Positions 40,171-53,140 of a DNA stretch of 64,000 nt are shown piece by piece; within the stretch, counting starts at the first letter, position 1, and each line of letters opens with the position of its first letter. This DNA comes from Octopus vulgaris. Lineage: Eukaryota. Made by a program: the position numbers and the translations under genes. The notes beneath the pieces were generated by a model. It made no database searches. It was given only the letters and a program-made list of their open reading frames with translations, and was not told the DNA's origin. Where the stretch lies: positions 11,098,001-11,162,000 of the forward strand of contig OX597836.1 of NCBI GenBank assembly GCA_951406725.2. The letters run 5' to 3'.

Positions 40171-40818
40171 TATGTTTCTTTATTAGCCACACAAGGCTGC
40201 ACACAGACAGAACAAATTACAAGGTAGAGCTTTTCTTTTGGGGCTAAAAAAAAGGGGGTTGGTTTTCGATCAAAAGGGATCGTAAAAGGAAAGAAAGAGG
40301 ACAAAAAAGGGGAGGATTTTAAAAAAGGGGGGGAGGGAAAAAAGGGGAGAGGAAAAAAAAGTTGATCAATAGGGATCGTAATCACAGAAATGTCAATATG
40401 AAGTGTAAAGGGGAGGACAGGTGAGGTTTACCCGTGGAAAGAAAGGCCTACAGAAAAGACCACGGTAACCTCGGTCAATGAAGTCACATGTTATATTTCT
40501 TTTTTTTTTTTTTTTTTGCAAATAAGTAACTCTCTGTATTAATTTTTACGGTTCATAGAATCATAGTCAAGGTGGCTTCGTCATTCATACGTGCCATCCT
40601 TGCTACATTCACCCATCTTTTTTTAAAACATTCACTAGACAAAACTTGCCTCTCTACTCTCACTTTCCTCTTCAAGTGATACTTGAAGAAGTTGATGAGA
40701 GATTGACCAGAGAGGAAAGTGTTTGTCTCTTTCAGGCGCGTCCACCAGATACATTCTTTCGCCATAGCCACAAGTATGATAAAAATAGCATCTTCCTTCC
40801 CGTTTGAAGGAAGGAGGC
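40171..40818 (-). mobile_element. L1/Tx1-type LINE 3' end (ORF2 C-terminus plus 3' UTR) embedded in (TAGA)n
   Basis: Minus frame AIFIILVAMAKECIWWTRLK...FFKYHLKRKVRVERQVLSSECFKKRW..., the K..IW..R...F...W pattern of L1/Tx1 ORF2 ends. Pyrimidine-rich UTR ends AATAAAGAAACATA; (TAGA)n lies on both sides. Confidence 0.75.
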
Positions 40819-40852
40819 AGATAGATAGATAGATATATAGATGAGTGGATGG

Positions 40853-40928
<76 letters not shown>

Positions 40929-41607
40929 CTGCGTGTGCCTACATTATTGTGTTTTTCCTCCACTCCATTGCTTCACAACCGTTGTTGGTATGTCTACGTT
41001 CATGTAACGTACAGATTCGTCTAACGAGAAGGTAGAATCAATACCAGAGTTTAAACAATCCCACCCCCAAAACTGCAACTACTTTGGATAATTTGTTCAA
41101 CGACAACCCATCAAGGAAGTGCATCTCTATGGCCGCAGTCCAATGACTGAAACAGGTAAAAGATAGATTTGTATATAATGCGTTATATACAATGTGAAGG
41201 TGTGTGGCTATGTGGTTAGTGCATTCGCTTCAAAATCGTAAGCTCACGTGTTCGATACCTGGCGGCGCCTTATGACCTTGATCAAGATGCTTTAATTCAC
41301 TTTGCTTCGGTCCACCTTGCTAGCAAAACATGATTTGGTCTGTGATTCAAAAGAGGCTACGATTGTCACATTCTGTGTCAAGCTGAATATACTCAGAGAA
41401 GTATGTTAAGGGTACGCATATCTATGGGGTACTCGGCCACTTGCTCGTTAATGTGACGAGCAGGCTGTTCTGTTGATCGAATCAACAGGAACCTGTGTCT
41501 TCATAACCGACGGAATTCCAATTATACACGTTTGCTCTCTAAAACTTTTGGAAATCTGTATTGATATTCAAAAAATTCGTTCCTGCCGTCTTCTTTCCAT
41601 CCTATTA

Positions 41608-42083
41608 TTTTGGGTCGTCTGGAAAGTTCATGCCGATTTTTAAAGGAAAGAAAAAGGTCAAAAAATACTTGTCATTACAGTTTTAATCAACCAAATATGA
41701 ACCATTTTGTTACGTCATCCAAGGAATTGAAATTTTTACCATTAAGACTATTCTGCAGAGACCTGAATAAGTGGAAATCCGAAGGCGCAACATCTGGTGA
41801 ATATGGAGGGTGGGGGTAACACATCCCAGCCGAGCTGCAGCAATTTTTGTCTGGTTCCCAAAGTATCAAGTGCCGAAAATGAACTTTCTTATCTTCCATT
41901 TTAAAGGGTTACAGAATTAACACAGGTTATAGGAACATAAATCTTTTATCCTGAAAAAATAGCTTAAACTGTGCTCTAAATGGAGGTGTAGTCAAAACCT
42001 ATTTTATGGACTCAACCATGTTCTGAAATAAGTCGAAAGGTAAGCTACTATAAATCGGCATGAACTTTCCGGATAACCCAATA
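41608..42083 (-). mobile_element. Internally deleted mariner (DD34D) element with both TIRs
   Basis: Minus ORF contains PHPPYSPDVAPSDFHLFRSLQNSL. TIRs TTGGGTCGTCTGGAAAGTTCATGCCGATTT and AAATCGGCATGAACTTTCCGGATAACCCAA-TA; an extra copy of the right end lies at 42520-42577. Confidence 0.9.
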
Positions 42084-42246
42084 GATAACAGTTGGATACT
42101 GGGTACTGGGATCGATGTAATTGATATACCCTATCCCGCGAAATGCTAACACTGTGCTACAATTTGAAATTAATATACAATATAATTTCGGTGATGTACT
42201 TGCATAGCGAGTGACTTGATCTGAGATCATGTGCTGGAACGAAAAT

Positions 42247-42497
42247 AATTGCAGCGTGGAAGGTGTTTATAAGCCACTTAAGAAACACACAAAACCGTTA
42301 GATTCACTTCAACATTTAAATTTAATTTGTCAAAATATTTTCGTCGCTTTGAGACCGCGATCTTTTCTTGTCAGTGAACAGGTCGCGGTCTCAAAGCGAC
42401 GAAAATATTTTGGCAAATTAAAGTTAAATGTTGAAGTGGATCTAACGGATTTTGTGTGTTTCTTAAATGGCTTATAAACACCTTCCACGCTTCAATT
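42247..42497. repeat. Near-perfect hairpin (arms about 114 bp), probably inverted Penelope-like termini
   Basis: Arms 42247-42360 and 42383-42497 differ at about six positions by eye; contains GTCGC-GGTCTCAAA-GCGAC-GAAA. Confidence 0.85.
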
Positions 42498-43783
42498 GTA
42501 TACACTATAAATATAGCAAAAATAAGTCGAAAGGTAAGCTACTATAAATCGGCACGGACTTTCCGGACAACCCAATATAAATTGAAAGCAGTACCATTTC
42601 CAAGCTTACTCATTTCGCGATTCCTTTCTTTTGTCGCTTCAGAATCAGTTTTCTGTGACGATTTTGTTCATTACTTTTCCTTTTCTTTTCTTTTTCATAT
42701 CTTAAACCAGTCATCCCCAACTAAATGAACATAAGGAAACGTAAAGAAGGAAGTATAAGTTTCCATGTAAGAAACAAAATTTAATTAAATATATGTTGCG
42801 CAAATCCTATATTTTATTCATGATCCATCTAAGTAGCAAAATGTTGCTACATAAATATATTGAAACATCGAATCTAATTTGTTGAATATTTAAAAATGGA
42901 AGTTTTGTTTGTCTACTCATTTATTTCTCTATTTATTTGTTTATCCATTTATCTGTTTATTTATGTATTGGTTCTCTCTTCTGACTTTCAATAATATTCT
43001 GTGATTTCTATTAGTTAGGAAGATAAATAAGCAAATACTATGAGTATTGATTTTTCGATTGGTATATGATATCAATATTGATTGAATCGACTTCAGTGCA
43101 GACACGGCACTGGGGATATAAACAGCGGAGATACTTTGCTGCTCCATGCAGACTCTACAAGAACCAATCAGCTGTGTTCGAGGCTCCTCTTCTGAAGCCA
43201 ACGCAATGTCGTTGGAAACCCATCTGTGTCATCAACAGGTGTCGCAGAGTCACAAGCGTTTCGACACTTATATCTGTACGCTGCACCTGAGTCAGTCAGC
43301 GAGAACTGAATTAGTCTTCGCTTGCGTAATGGTTCCACCTGCTGTCTCTTGTCAAACGCAACCCCGTGGAACTCATTTCAGCTGTCATGCCTATCTCTTT
43401 GGTGGGTTTCGTCAGTTGTCAGGATTCTAGGGCAATTTTCTGCAGGAGTAAACAGTGAAGTTAACCGTCCCACCAAAGGCAGGATACGAACTCAGAAACT
43501 AGACGACAGTAACAACTAATATCACAAAGAAGAGAGAGGGGATTAAATTGTCTTGGCTTTACACAGGACAAATCCAGTATTAAAAAAGGACAGTTACTTC
43601 CCGCAAAAATATTGGACAATATAAATATACGAAGTTTGATCAAAACGTATATGGACTTTGGTGACGCAAGATTGACTTTGGACTCTGTTCAATCATCTGG
43701 AAAATTTTGTAGATTGTGAGAGTTCCAGTGATGGACTGGATCTGTAGTCTTCGCATCAGCTTTCTCTTTTCTGGTTTTGAGAA

Positions 43784-43859
<76 letters not shown>

Positions 43860-44054
43860 TTATGTACACATTTCAATGAGAATCACCTTGGCATCCTGTT
43901 CAAACCCTAAGCTGGGCATCAAAGGCTACACTTAAACGCCTGTCTGATGTTGCTGAAAAGAGCTCAATTTGGATATGACCAAATAGGAAATCCATTATGA
44001 AATCCATTGGTTATTTACAGGAATAGAAAGAAGAAAAGAACCGGTTCCTTCGTC

Positions 44055-44258
44055 AGTCAGAGTAGCCTGGTGGACTGAAACACAGACCCAGGTACAAAAG
44101 AACGACCCAGGTTCAAATCTTGCTGGAGACAGGATTTTGGAAAGTAGCAGGTGGGCACCTAGAATCATGACATGGGTGGGCCCGGTTCCCCTAGAGTGTC
44201 AAGCATAAGGACCCAAACACTTGTCGGATGGGAGTTCTTCCTCTAAAGATCCCTCTTG
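44055..44258 (+). mobile_element. Single-copy tRNA-derived SINE-like element
   Basis: A-box-like TAGCCTGGTGG and B-box-like GGTTCAAATCT, GC-richer body. Confidence 0.5.
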
Positions 44259-44364
44259 TTTTTGTTATTCATGTCTGTATGTCTGTCTGTATGTATGTAT
44301 GTATACATGTCTATGTATGTTTATATGAGCATATGCATATACACACATACGCACGCACACAAAG

Positions 44365-44413
<49 letters not shown>

Positions 44414-44415
<2 letters not shown>

Positions 44416-44672
44416 GAGGCGCGTGGCTTAGTGGTTAGGGTTTCGGCATCATGATCGTAAGATTGTGGTTTCGATTCCTGGACCGGGCGACGCGTTGTGT
44501 TTTTGAGCAAAACACTTCATTTCACGTTGCTCCAGTCCACTCAGCTGGCACAAATGAGTAACGCTGCGATGGACTGGCGTCCCGTCCAGCTGGGGAACAA
44601 ATACGCCATTGAAACCGGGAAATCGGGCCCATAAGCCTGGCTAGGCTTTAAAAAAGGCGCATTTATTTTATT
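44414..44672 (+). mobile_element. tRNA-derived SINE family C
   Basis: GGAGGCGCGTGGCTTAGTGGTTAGGG...GGTTTCGATTCC...GAGTAACGCTGCGATGGACTGGCGTCCCGTCCAG...GAAACCGGGAAA. Confidence 0.88.
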
Positions 44673-45163
44673 ATATATAATATATAATGTGTTGAAGATA
44701 TTTCATTTGTACAATCATATATAAACCAAAAGACTTTATATGCACACACACGCACACGCACACACAAGCATACACAAAACAGTCTTACATAACCCTAATT
44801 CCACACTCTTCAGACACGTACTTCACAAGCATTTCACTGACACAGGTTTATACCCTCCTATACTCACACTTTCAGTCAAATATATCTAACATATACATAA
44901 TATAAATATTTTATGCGGTAGAAACGATATTTATGGTAAATCTATTTGGCCATTGTTTCCTTCTCTCCCACTTGCTCTCTCTCCCCCTTCCTCATTGGTT
45001 GTGTGTATGTGTCTGTTTCTGTCTCTTTCTCTCTATATCCTCTTCTATATTAATCGTCGTCTGTTTATTATCCTGAGTAAAGCAGAGCCGGGTTATTGAT
45101 GCTTAAATGCACTGAGTCCTTTCGGTAACACGACATTTATTGTTTAAATGGAAAGGGTGAACG

Positions 45164-45210
<47 letters not shown>

Positions 45211-45661
45211 GAAAGACAGAGAGAATGAAAGAGAGGGGGAGAAAGATGGTGAGAGTGAGAGATAGAGATTTTCCTAATAGCAGTATTGATACTGTAGAAA
45301 TGGTGAATGAACCTCGCGGCGTCCATTCTGCAAAGAAGGGAATTAGTCAGAACATTTCTCAGGTCGAAAATGGACCGAAGTAATTTTATAGCAATTTCCA
45401 ACTCCATGATCTGTTAATGCTGCTGGTCATAACAGATATAAATCTTGCTTTTAACTATGATCTCCACGATAATCTCCATAATTTTGTGTAAAGTGATCTT
45501 CTGGTTGTCTGCCAAAAATGTATGGCTTGGCTTGGTTTGGCTTGGCTGTCGCATGGGCGCAAAAAAAAGTTTGTTTGTTGAATTCTAAAGAGCTTTCTAA
45601 TAACTACGAGAACAATCTAAATCTAAGCCTCTAACTTTGGAGAATGCTTCCTTGTTACGTT

Positions 45662-45875
45662 AGCATCACCATCATCATCACCATCATCGTCATCATCGTC
45701 ATCATCATCATCATCATCGTCATCATCGTCATCATCATCATCATCATCATCATCATCACCATCATCATCATCAGCATCATCATCAACATTGCCATCATTA
45801 ACATTGCCATTTATCATCATAATCATCATCATTATTATCATCATCAACATTGCCATCATCATAATCATGATCATT

Positions 45876-45906
<31 letters not shown>

Positions 45907-45934
45907 TCGCCATCATCATTGTCATCATCATCAC

Positions 45935-45978
<44 letters not shown>

Positions 45979-46074
45979 CCATCATCATCATTATCATCAT
46001 CATCATCATCAACATCAACATTGCCATCATCATCATCACCATCGCAATCATCAACATCACCATCATCATCGTCG

Positions 46075-46112
<38 letters not shown>

Positions 46113-46135
46113 GTCACCATCATCATCATCATAAT
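45662..46135. repeat. (CAT)n trinucleotide array
   Basis: Directly visible. Confidence 0.95.
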
Positions 46136-46257
46136 TATTTTTTTTTATTGAATATCAAAACAAAAAAATACTTTAATAATTTATCAATGTATTAATGTTG
46201 TTTTAAATGTTAGTCTATTCAATTACAATGTCTATCAACTGAAAACAGAGAATGCGA

Positions 46258-46349
46258 ATACACACACGTGTTTATATATATATATATATACATATATATA
46301 CATACACATATATATATACATATATGTGGTTATGTGTATATATGTTTAT

Positions 46350-46435
<86 letters not shown>

Positions 46436-46648
46436 ATATAATATATTGTTTTATATTATATATATATACGTGTGTATATGTATATGAAACGAGATGAAGC
46501 AGGAGAGCGGAAATAAGCAACATCCCTGAATGAATTATTACAAAGGAGTGACTAAGTTAACGTTTGCGCATATTCATACATTATTACCGCTATGGCATAA
46601 TATTCTATACCAGCCTACACAAACATTCCATGCACCATTCACCATCTT

Positions 46649-46708
<60 letters not shown>

Positions 46709-46965
46709 ATGTATGTATTTATGTATGTGTTTACGTATGTATATATCTATGTAATTATGTATGTATATGTATGTATTTATGTATATATATGTATATATAT
46801 ATATATGTATGTTTTTATGTATGTTTATATATATATATATATGTATGTATTTATGTATGTTATTTATGTATATATATATATATATATGTATATGTTTATA
46901 TGTATATATATATATATGTCTATTACTTATATCTATATATATTGCTATATAAGTATTTCTATGTA

Positions 46966-47021
<56 letters not shown>

Positions 47022-47113
47022 CATATGTACATCTACGTATGCATATATATATGTATATATGTATAAAGATATATATGTGTGTGTATATATATATGTATAT
47101 ATATTTATATGTA

Positions 47114-47151
<38 letters not shown>

Positions 47152-47160
47152 TACATACAA
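46258..47160. repeat. (TA)n/(TATG)n low-complexity tracts
   Basis: Directly visible. Confidence 0.9.
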
Positions 47161-48041
47161 ATACCAACCACATCTCTACCATACATAGAAGTGAAAGAGT
47201 CACGCCATCTATTGAATAAGACTAGAAACATCATTTTTGTTTTATTTATACGTTTGTTTTGTATTTGCCTTTTGCTTTTGTTTTTGCTTTTGTTTTTTTG
47301 TTTTTTGTTTTTTTTTATTGCCTTGTCTCTACTTTTTCTGTGTTTCTTTTCTTGTTTTTCCTTTGCTTTACTGCACTATAATTCAAACCTATCAAATAAG
47401 TTTTAAATAAGTTTAACGTTTTTATTATTGTCTTTTTTTGTTTGTTTGTTTGTTAACAGCCTGAAGGACAGTTGTATGCATCCACAGCTATACACATCCA
47501 CATAAGTAGCTGTCTTATTAAATATATATCACACATCAAAAGAAGCACATTTCAACGGAATATTTTGCTTCGTTAAATTCACTGAATTCAGAACAGAGCA
47601 TATATACACATTCAGCCATAATTATTGAGCGAAGTAAGTCTGCAAATGGTTTTAAAAATACATTTCATTTTGTCGATTTAAATACTTCTGTTTTCAATTA
47701 ACAAGAGAGTGGCTTTGATACTAGACTAATCTCCCTTCTTACCTAAAACGTATCAGATATTTCAAAATGAGATTTCTTTCCTGATTATTTCGCTCGTACA
47801 AATAATGAAACGATATGTCTAGTCGGCATAAAATCGTTGGAGTAATAAGCACTGAACCAAATTATTGGCATTTGTGGTGTGCTAACCATTGTCCAAATTC
47901 ATCTAATCGATATAATTAAAGTGATAAGAAGCCTCGGAATTCTCCATTGAATAAATAAATGAATGAATGAGTGAATGAATAATCATTAATTGTTTTTCTG
48001 TAGGAGTGTATTCAATTAACTCGCCTTTACCTGTGCACTAC

Positions 48042-48686
48042 CAGTATTAAATTTGATATAGGGGATAAAGAAAAACAACAACATCAATCTTCATTTATGA
48101 CGGAGGGGGCTGTTTAAAGACAAAAACAGTGATAAACGAATCGGTGACAATTGAATCAGTGATAAATGAATCATGTCCAAGTATTTTGTAAATGGAATGA
48201 ATGGCAGGTCCACTGTCACCAAATTCACGGCCCACGATAAACAAGCTACCACCGTCACATATTTTCTTAATCGTTTCTCTCTTTTAGGATCATGCATTTC
48301 GTATATTGACCCCGAAAGGATGTAAGGCAAAGTCGACCTCAGCGGAATTTGAACCCAGAACGTAACGGCAGACGAAATACCTATTTCTTTACTACCCACA
48401 AGGGGCTAAACACAGAGGGGACAAACAAGGACAGACAGTATTAAATTTGATATAGGAGCTAAAGGAAAAAAAAACCCATCAATCTTCATTTATGTCGGAG
48501 GGGGCTGTTTAAAGACAAAAACAGTGATAAACGAATCGGTGACATTTTAATCAGTGATAAATGAATCATGTCCAAGTATTTTGTAAATGGAATGAATGAC
48601 ATGTTCACTGCCACCAAATTCGCGGCCCACGACAAACAAGCTACCAGCATCACATTTTCTTAATCGTTTCTCTCTTTTAGGATCAA
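48042..48686. repeat. Direct duplication of about 250 bp (48042-48293, 48436-48686) flanking a SINE B junction fragment (48305-48437)
   Basis: CAGTATTAAATTTGATATAGG...CGGAGGGGGCTGTTTAAAGACAAAAACAGTG...TTTCTCTCTTTTAGGATCA occurs twice. Confidence 0.9.
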
Positions 48687-49009
48687 GCACGTTGATATCG
48701 GAATAAATGTTAGCTGCATTGAAACTACATTCGCGGCACACAGTGGAGCATATTTTATCCCAGCTCCCAGCCTCAGGTATTTTCTTAATCAACTCTACCG
48801 TTTTCTTGTTTGCATTGTCTGTTAGGATCAGGCGCTTTCGTATTCGAATGAAAGGTAGAATCATTAACACCAAACTCGCAACACACAACATTGAAGCCTG
48901 TCCTGTCTACGGCCACTTAAATCAAGGAGTTTTGATTTAAGTGGCTGTAGATCACAAGGGCATGTAGATCACATACTACACTGGCACCAATAGCTAAAAG
49001 CAGAAAAGA

Positions 49010-49220
49010 ACATATACATGAATAAGGAGCAGTTTACGAAAAAAAAAAACAAAAGACGAAGGCAGGTGGTATGCAAAGCAAACAGATGTATTAGTATAAC
49101 GCTCAGGAATAGAAAAAGTCTTTTATGTTTCGAGCCTACGCTCTTCAACAGAAAGGGGCAAAGAAAAGAACAAGGAGAGAAAAAAATGTGTGTAGTGGCT
49201 AACGATCTATCATAGCGACA
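49010..49220 (-). mobile_element. Penelope-like terminus with a minimal hammerhead-like motif
   Basis: Minus strand CTTT-CTGTTGA-A-GAGC-GTAG-GCTC-GAAAC-ATA-AAAG at about 49120-49155. Confidence 0.65.
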
Positions 49221-49404
49221 TACATGAATAATGCATACAACGGAATCACACAGTTTCCGTTTACTAAATTCACTCACAATGGGACTGAACCTGTAAGCTC
49301 ATGGTTGCAAAGCGAACTCCTTAACCACAAAACCATCCCTCACCGAGCACCAAAATAAACAGAATAAATGAATTGTGGATTTGGAATATTCCTTGACAAA
49401 TATA

Positions 49405-50207
49405 TATTTATTTATTGCACACAAGGGGATACACACAGAGGGGTCAAACAAGGACAAAGGGATTAAGTCGATTACATCGACCCCAGTACGTAACTGGTAC
49501 TTATTTAATCGACCCCGAAAGGATGACAGGCAAAGTCGAACTCAGCGGAATTTGAACCCAGAACGTAACGGCAGACGAAATACCTATTTCTTTACAACTC
49601 ACAAGGGGCAAACAGAGAGGACAAACAAGGACAACTCACAGAGAGGACAAACAAGGACAGACAAACGGATTAAGTCGATTATATTGACCCCAGTGCGTAA
49701 CTGGTACTTATTTAATCGACCCCGAAAGGATGAAAGGCAAAGTCGACCTCAGCGGAATTTGAACCCAGAACGTAACGGCAGACGAAATACCTATTTCTTT
49801 ACAACTCACAAGGGGCTAAACACAGAGAGGACAAACAAGGACAGACAGATGGATTAAGCCGATTCCATCGACCCCATTGCGTAACTGGTACTTAATTTAT
49901 CGAACCCGAAAGGATGAAAGGCAAAGTCGACCTCGGCAGAATTTGAACTCAGGACGTAGCGGCAGACGAAATACCTATTTCTTTATTACCCACAAGGGGC
50001 TAATCACATAGGGGACAAACAACGACAGACATAGGTATTAAGTCGATTACATCGACCCCAGTGCGTAACTGGTACTTAATTTATCGACCCCGAGAGGATG
50101 AAAGGCAAAGTCGACCTCGGTGGAATTTGAACTCAGAACGTAACGGCAGACTGAATACCGCTAAGCATTTCGCCCGGCGTGCTAACGTTTCAGCCAGCTC
50201 GCCGCCC
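49405..50207 (-). mobile_element. SINE family B head-to-tail tetramer
   Basis: Four units of about 185-230 bp. Only the unit ending at 50207 has the full head; junctions at 49584/5, 49791/2 and 49975/6. Confidence 0.92.
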
Positions 50208-50548
50208 TCATCATTGACAAAAATATTTATACGGTCGGGAGCTCTTATTATGCAAACATATTAATGCAAAATGAAGGATGACTGCTACGTATTTGTAAGT
50301 TTTTCAATGATAATAGACACGTTCTGTAAGTTGTTCTTTTTTTGCTAAATGTGGTGATGCATCACCGTTGAGCGGGAAATTAAGTCAGCTTCCAAAGCCG
50401 CGTCATCATGTGGGTTCTACACTACAGCTTTAATAATTAAAACTTTCTCTACGTCAACCGGAAACGCTATTTACCTGTCTTCCGCTTCGCTACTAATCAG
50501 GTGTTAATTTGTTCACGTGGAGAAATTGAATGAAATGGCTAGTGTAAA

Positions 50549-50623
<75 letters not shown>

Positions 50624-50626
50624 AGT

Positions 50627-50673
<47 letters not shown>

Positions 50674-50804
50674 ATAACGAAATTTTTTAGAAATTTCTGT
50701 CGGCTTGCTTTCGACAGGCGCGCTTATAGTGATAAATTATATGGTTATTGACGATTAAGTCTATTTTCGGCATATTTGGCATTAGAATATTTTTTCTTTT
50801 GCCC

Positions 50805-51309
50805 TTTACTCTTTTACTCTTTTACTTGTTTCAGTCATTTGACTGCGGCCATGCTGGAGCACCGCCTTTGTTTATAAATTCTTCATATAAATATATATAC
50901 TCTTTTACTCTTTTACTTGTTTCAGTCATTTGACTGCGGCCATGCTGGAGCACCACCTTTAGTTGAGCAAATCGACCCCGGGACTTATTATTTGTAAGCC
51001 CAGTACTTATTCTATCGGTCTCTTTTGCCGAACAGCTAGGTGACGAGGACGTAAACACACCAGCATCGGTTATCAAGCAATGCTAGGGGTACCAACACAG
51101 ACACACAAATACACACACACACACACACTTATATATACATATATACGACGGGCTTCTTTCAGTTTCCGTCTACCAAATCCACTCACAAAGCTTTGGTCAG
51201 CCCGAAGCTATAGTAGAAGACACTTGCCCAAGATGCCACGCAGTGGGACTGAACCCGGAACCATGTGGTTGATAAGCAAGCTACTTACAACACAGCCACT
51301 CCTGCGCCT
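50805..51309 (-). mobile_element. SINE family A, full-length, with duplicated tail
   Basis: Full copy at 50898-51309; extra tail at 50805-50870. Confidence 0.92.
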
Positions 51310-51629
51310 ATAAATATATAAAGAAATCAAATGAATGACTCGGAAATAAGAAATTATGCCATGAACTATATATGTATATACAAAGAGGGAGAAAGAGAGA
51401 GAAAAAGAGAGAGTGATCTAGAGTGATAAATCTACGACATTCTTGGGGTATATACATATGTGCTTCTGTGTGTGTGTGCGTGTGCATTTACGTATGTATG
51501 TGTATGTGTGTGTGGGGGGGCTGACATATACAGCAGCATACATAGTACATGTTCTAGCTAAACAGAAAACAACAAAAATAAAATTCTCTGTATGCAGTCA
51601 CAGAGTATATAAAATTTAATCTGGTGACG

Positions 51630-51664
<35 letters not shown>

Positions 51665-52317
51665 TCGGTGCCCACACAAAAATATAGACATCAAAGTGAT
51701 TTCCGAACCAATTTGTGATACACTATCTAAGCTGGTTTACCAGCAAAGAGGACAGAAGAAAGAAAAATATAACCCAGCTTAACATTAGTTTTCGCTGATA
51801 TATACATAGAGTTCTGTTGTTAAGTCCATAAGTTTCGTAATTGCCGTAAAACTTAAGGAAAAAAAATGCTAAGTAAGATAGTAACTAGTCAAGCTTTTGC
51901 TTAGAACTAAACACTGAAACTTCGATGAATGTGAATTAACGAAAAATACCTTTGATGTCGATGTTAACTCCGATGTCCATATGGATATATTTAGCCTGAT
52001 ATATACTTTTATATTATTAGATAAATATAATTATTACACTGACGTCGGCATTTAGTTATTTCACATCTAATGTATGGAAGTACATAATGGGGTATATGTT
52101 CTCTGATTGATATTGATATTTAGGCTTCCGTGAACATCACAAGATGAATCTGTTTTCGCCATGTTTTTTTAAAACCTACGTAGGTGAATAGTGAGTTCGC
52201 TGAGTGTACAGTTGTTTGATCATGTTTTATTTTCGCATTTATCTGATGTGTTATAATAAAATTGAGATATGCACGGCGAACAGGAAGAATCAAAACAATG
52301 GCATACATTCAAAGTAA

Positions 52318-53140
52318 TCCCTGAATAAATGTCGCCGGAAAGAATGATGTAGTAAAGAATGCTGTAATAAAAATGTCGCAGTAAAAATGCCATGGGAAAA
52401 AATTCTATAGGAAAAAATTGCCACAGGAAAAAAATATGCCACGACAAACAGTGCCACAGGAAATAATGTGATGGGAAATATTCTACAGGAAAAAAGTGCC
52501 AGAGGGGAAAGTGACGCAGGAGAAAGTATCAAAAGAAAAATGTCACAGGAAAGATGTTACAGCAAAAAGTTCCGCATGAGAAACTGTCACAGGGGAAAAT
52601 TCACAGGAAAACATGTCTCAAGAAAAAATTCCACAGGAAAATGTCACAGGAAAAGTTCCACAGGAGAAAGTGTCACAGGAGAAAATGGCACAGAAAAAAG
52701 TCAGGAAATAATGTTACGGGGAAAAGTGTCACAGTAGTAAGTGACACAGGAGAAAATAATTAAAAGAAAAATGTCACAGGAAAAAATCCCACAGAAAAAA
52801 TGTCAGAGCAAAAAATTCCACAGGAGAAAGTTCCACATGAGAAACTGTCACAGGAAAACATGTCTCTGTAAAACAATTCCACAGGAAAAAGTCAGGAAAT
52901 AATGTTACGGGGAAATGTGTCACAGGAGAAAATAATTAAAAGAAAAATGTCACAAGAAAAAGTGCCACAGAAAAGATGTTACAGCAAAAAGTTCCACAGG
53001 AGAAAGTTCCACATGAGAAATTGTCACAGGAGAAAATTCACAGGAAAACATGTCTCAGGAAAAAAATTCCACAGGAAAAAATGTCACTGGAAAAGTTCCA
53101 CAGGAGAAAGTGTCACAGGAGAAAATGACATCCCAACCAC
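52318..53140. repeat. Array of 15-16 bp subrepeats (AAAATGTCACAGG-like), resembling a MULE/Foldback terminal array
   Basis: Dozens of CACAGG(A)n units with higher-order duplication, decaying leftwards and ending sharply at GACATCCCAACC (53140). Confidence 0.8.

Noticed and set aside
45623-46195. Met/Asp/His-rich ORFs
   Set aside because: Translations of the (CAT)n array.
49405-53140. CRISPR-like appearance of the regular arrays
   Set aside because: Units are tandem SINE bodies or short subrepeats without unique spacers. There are no cas genes and the context is eukaryotic.
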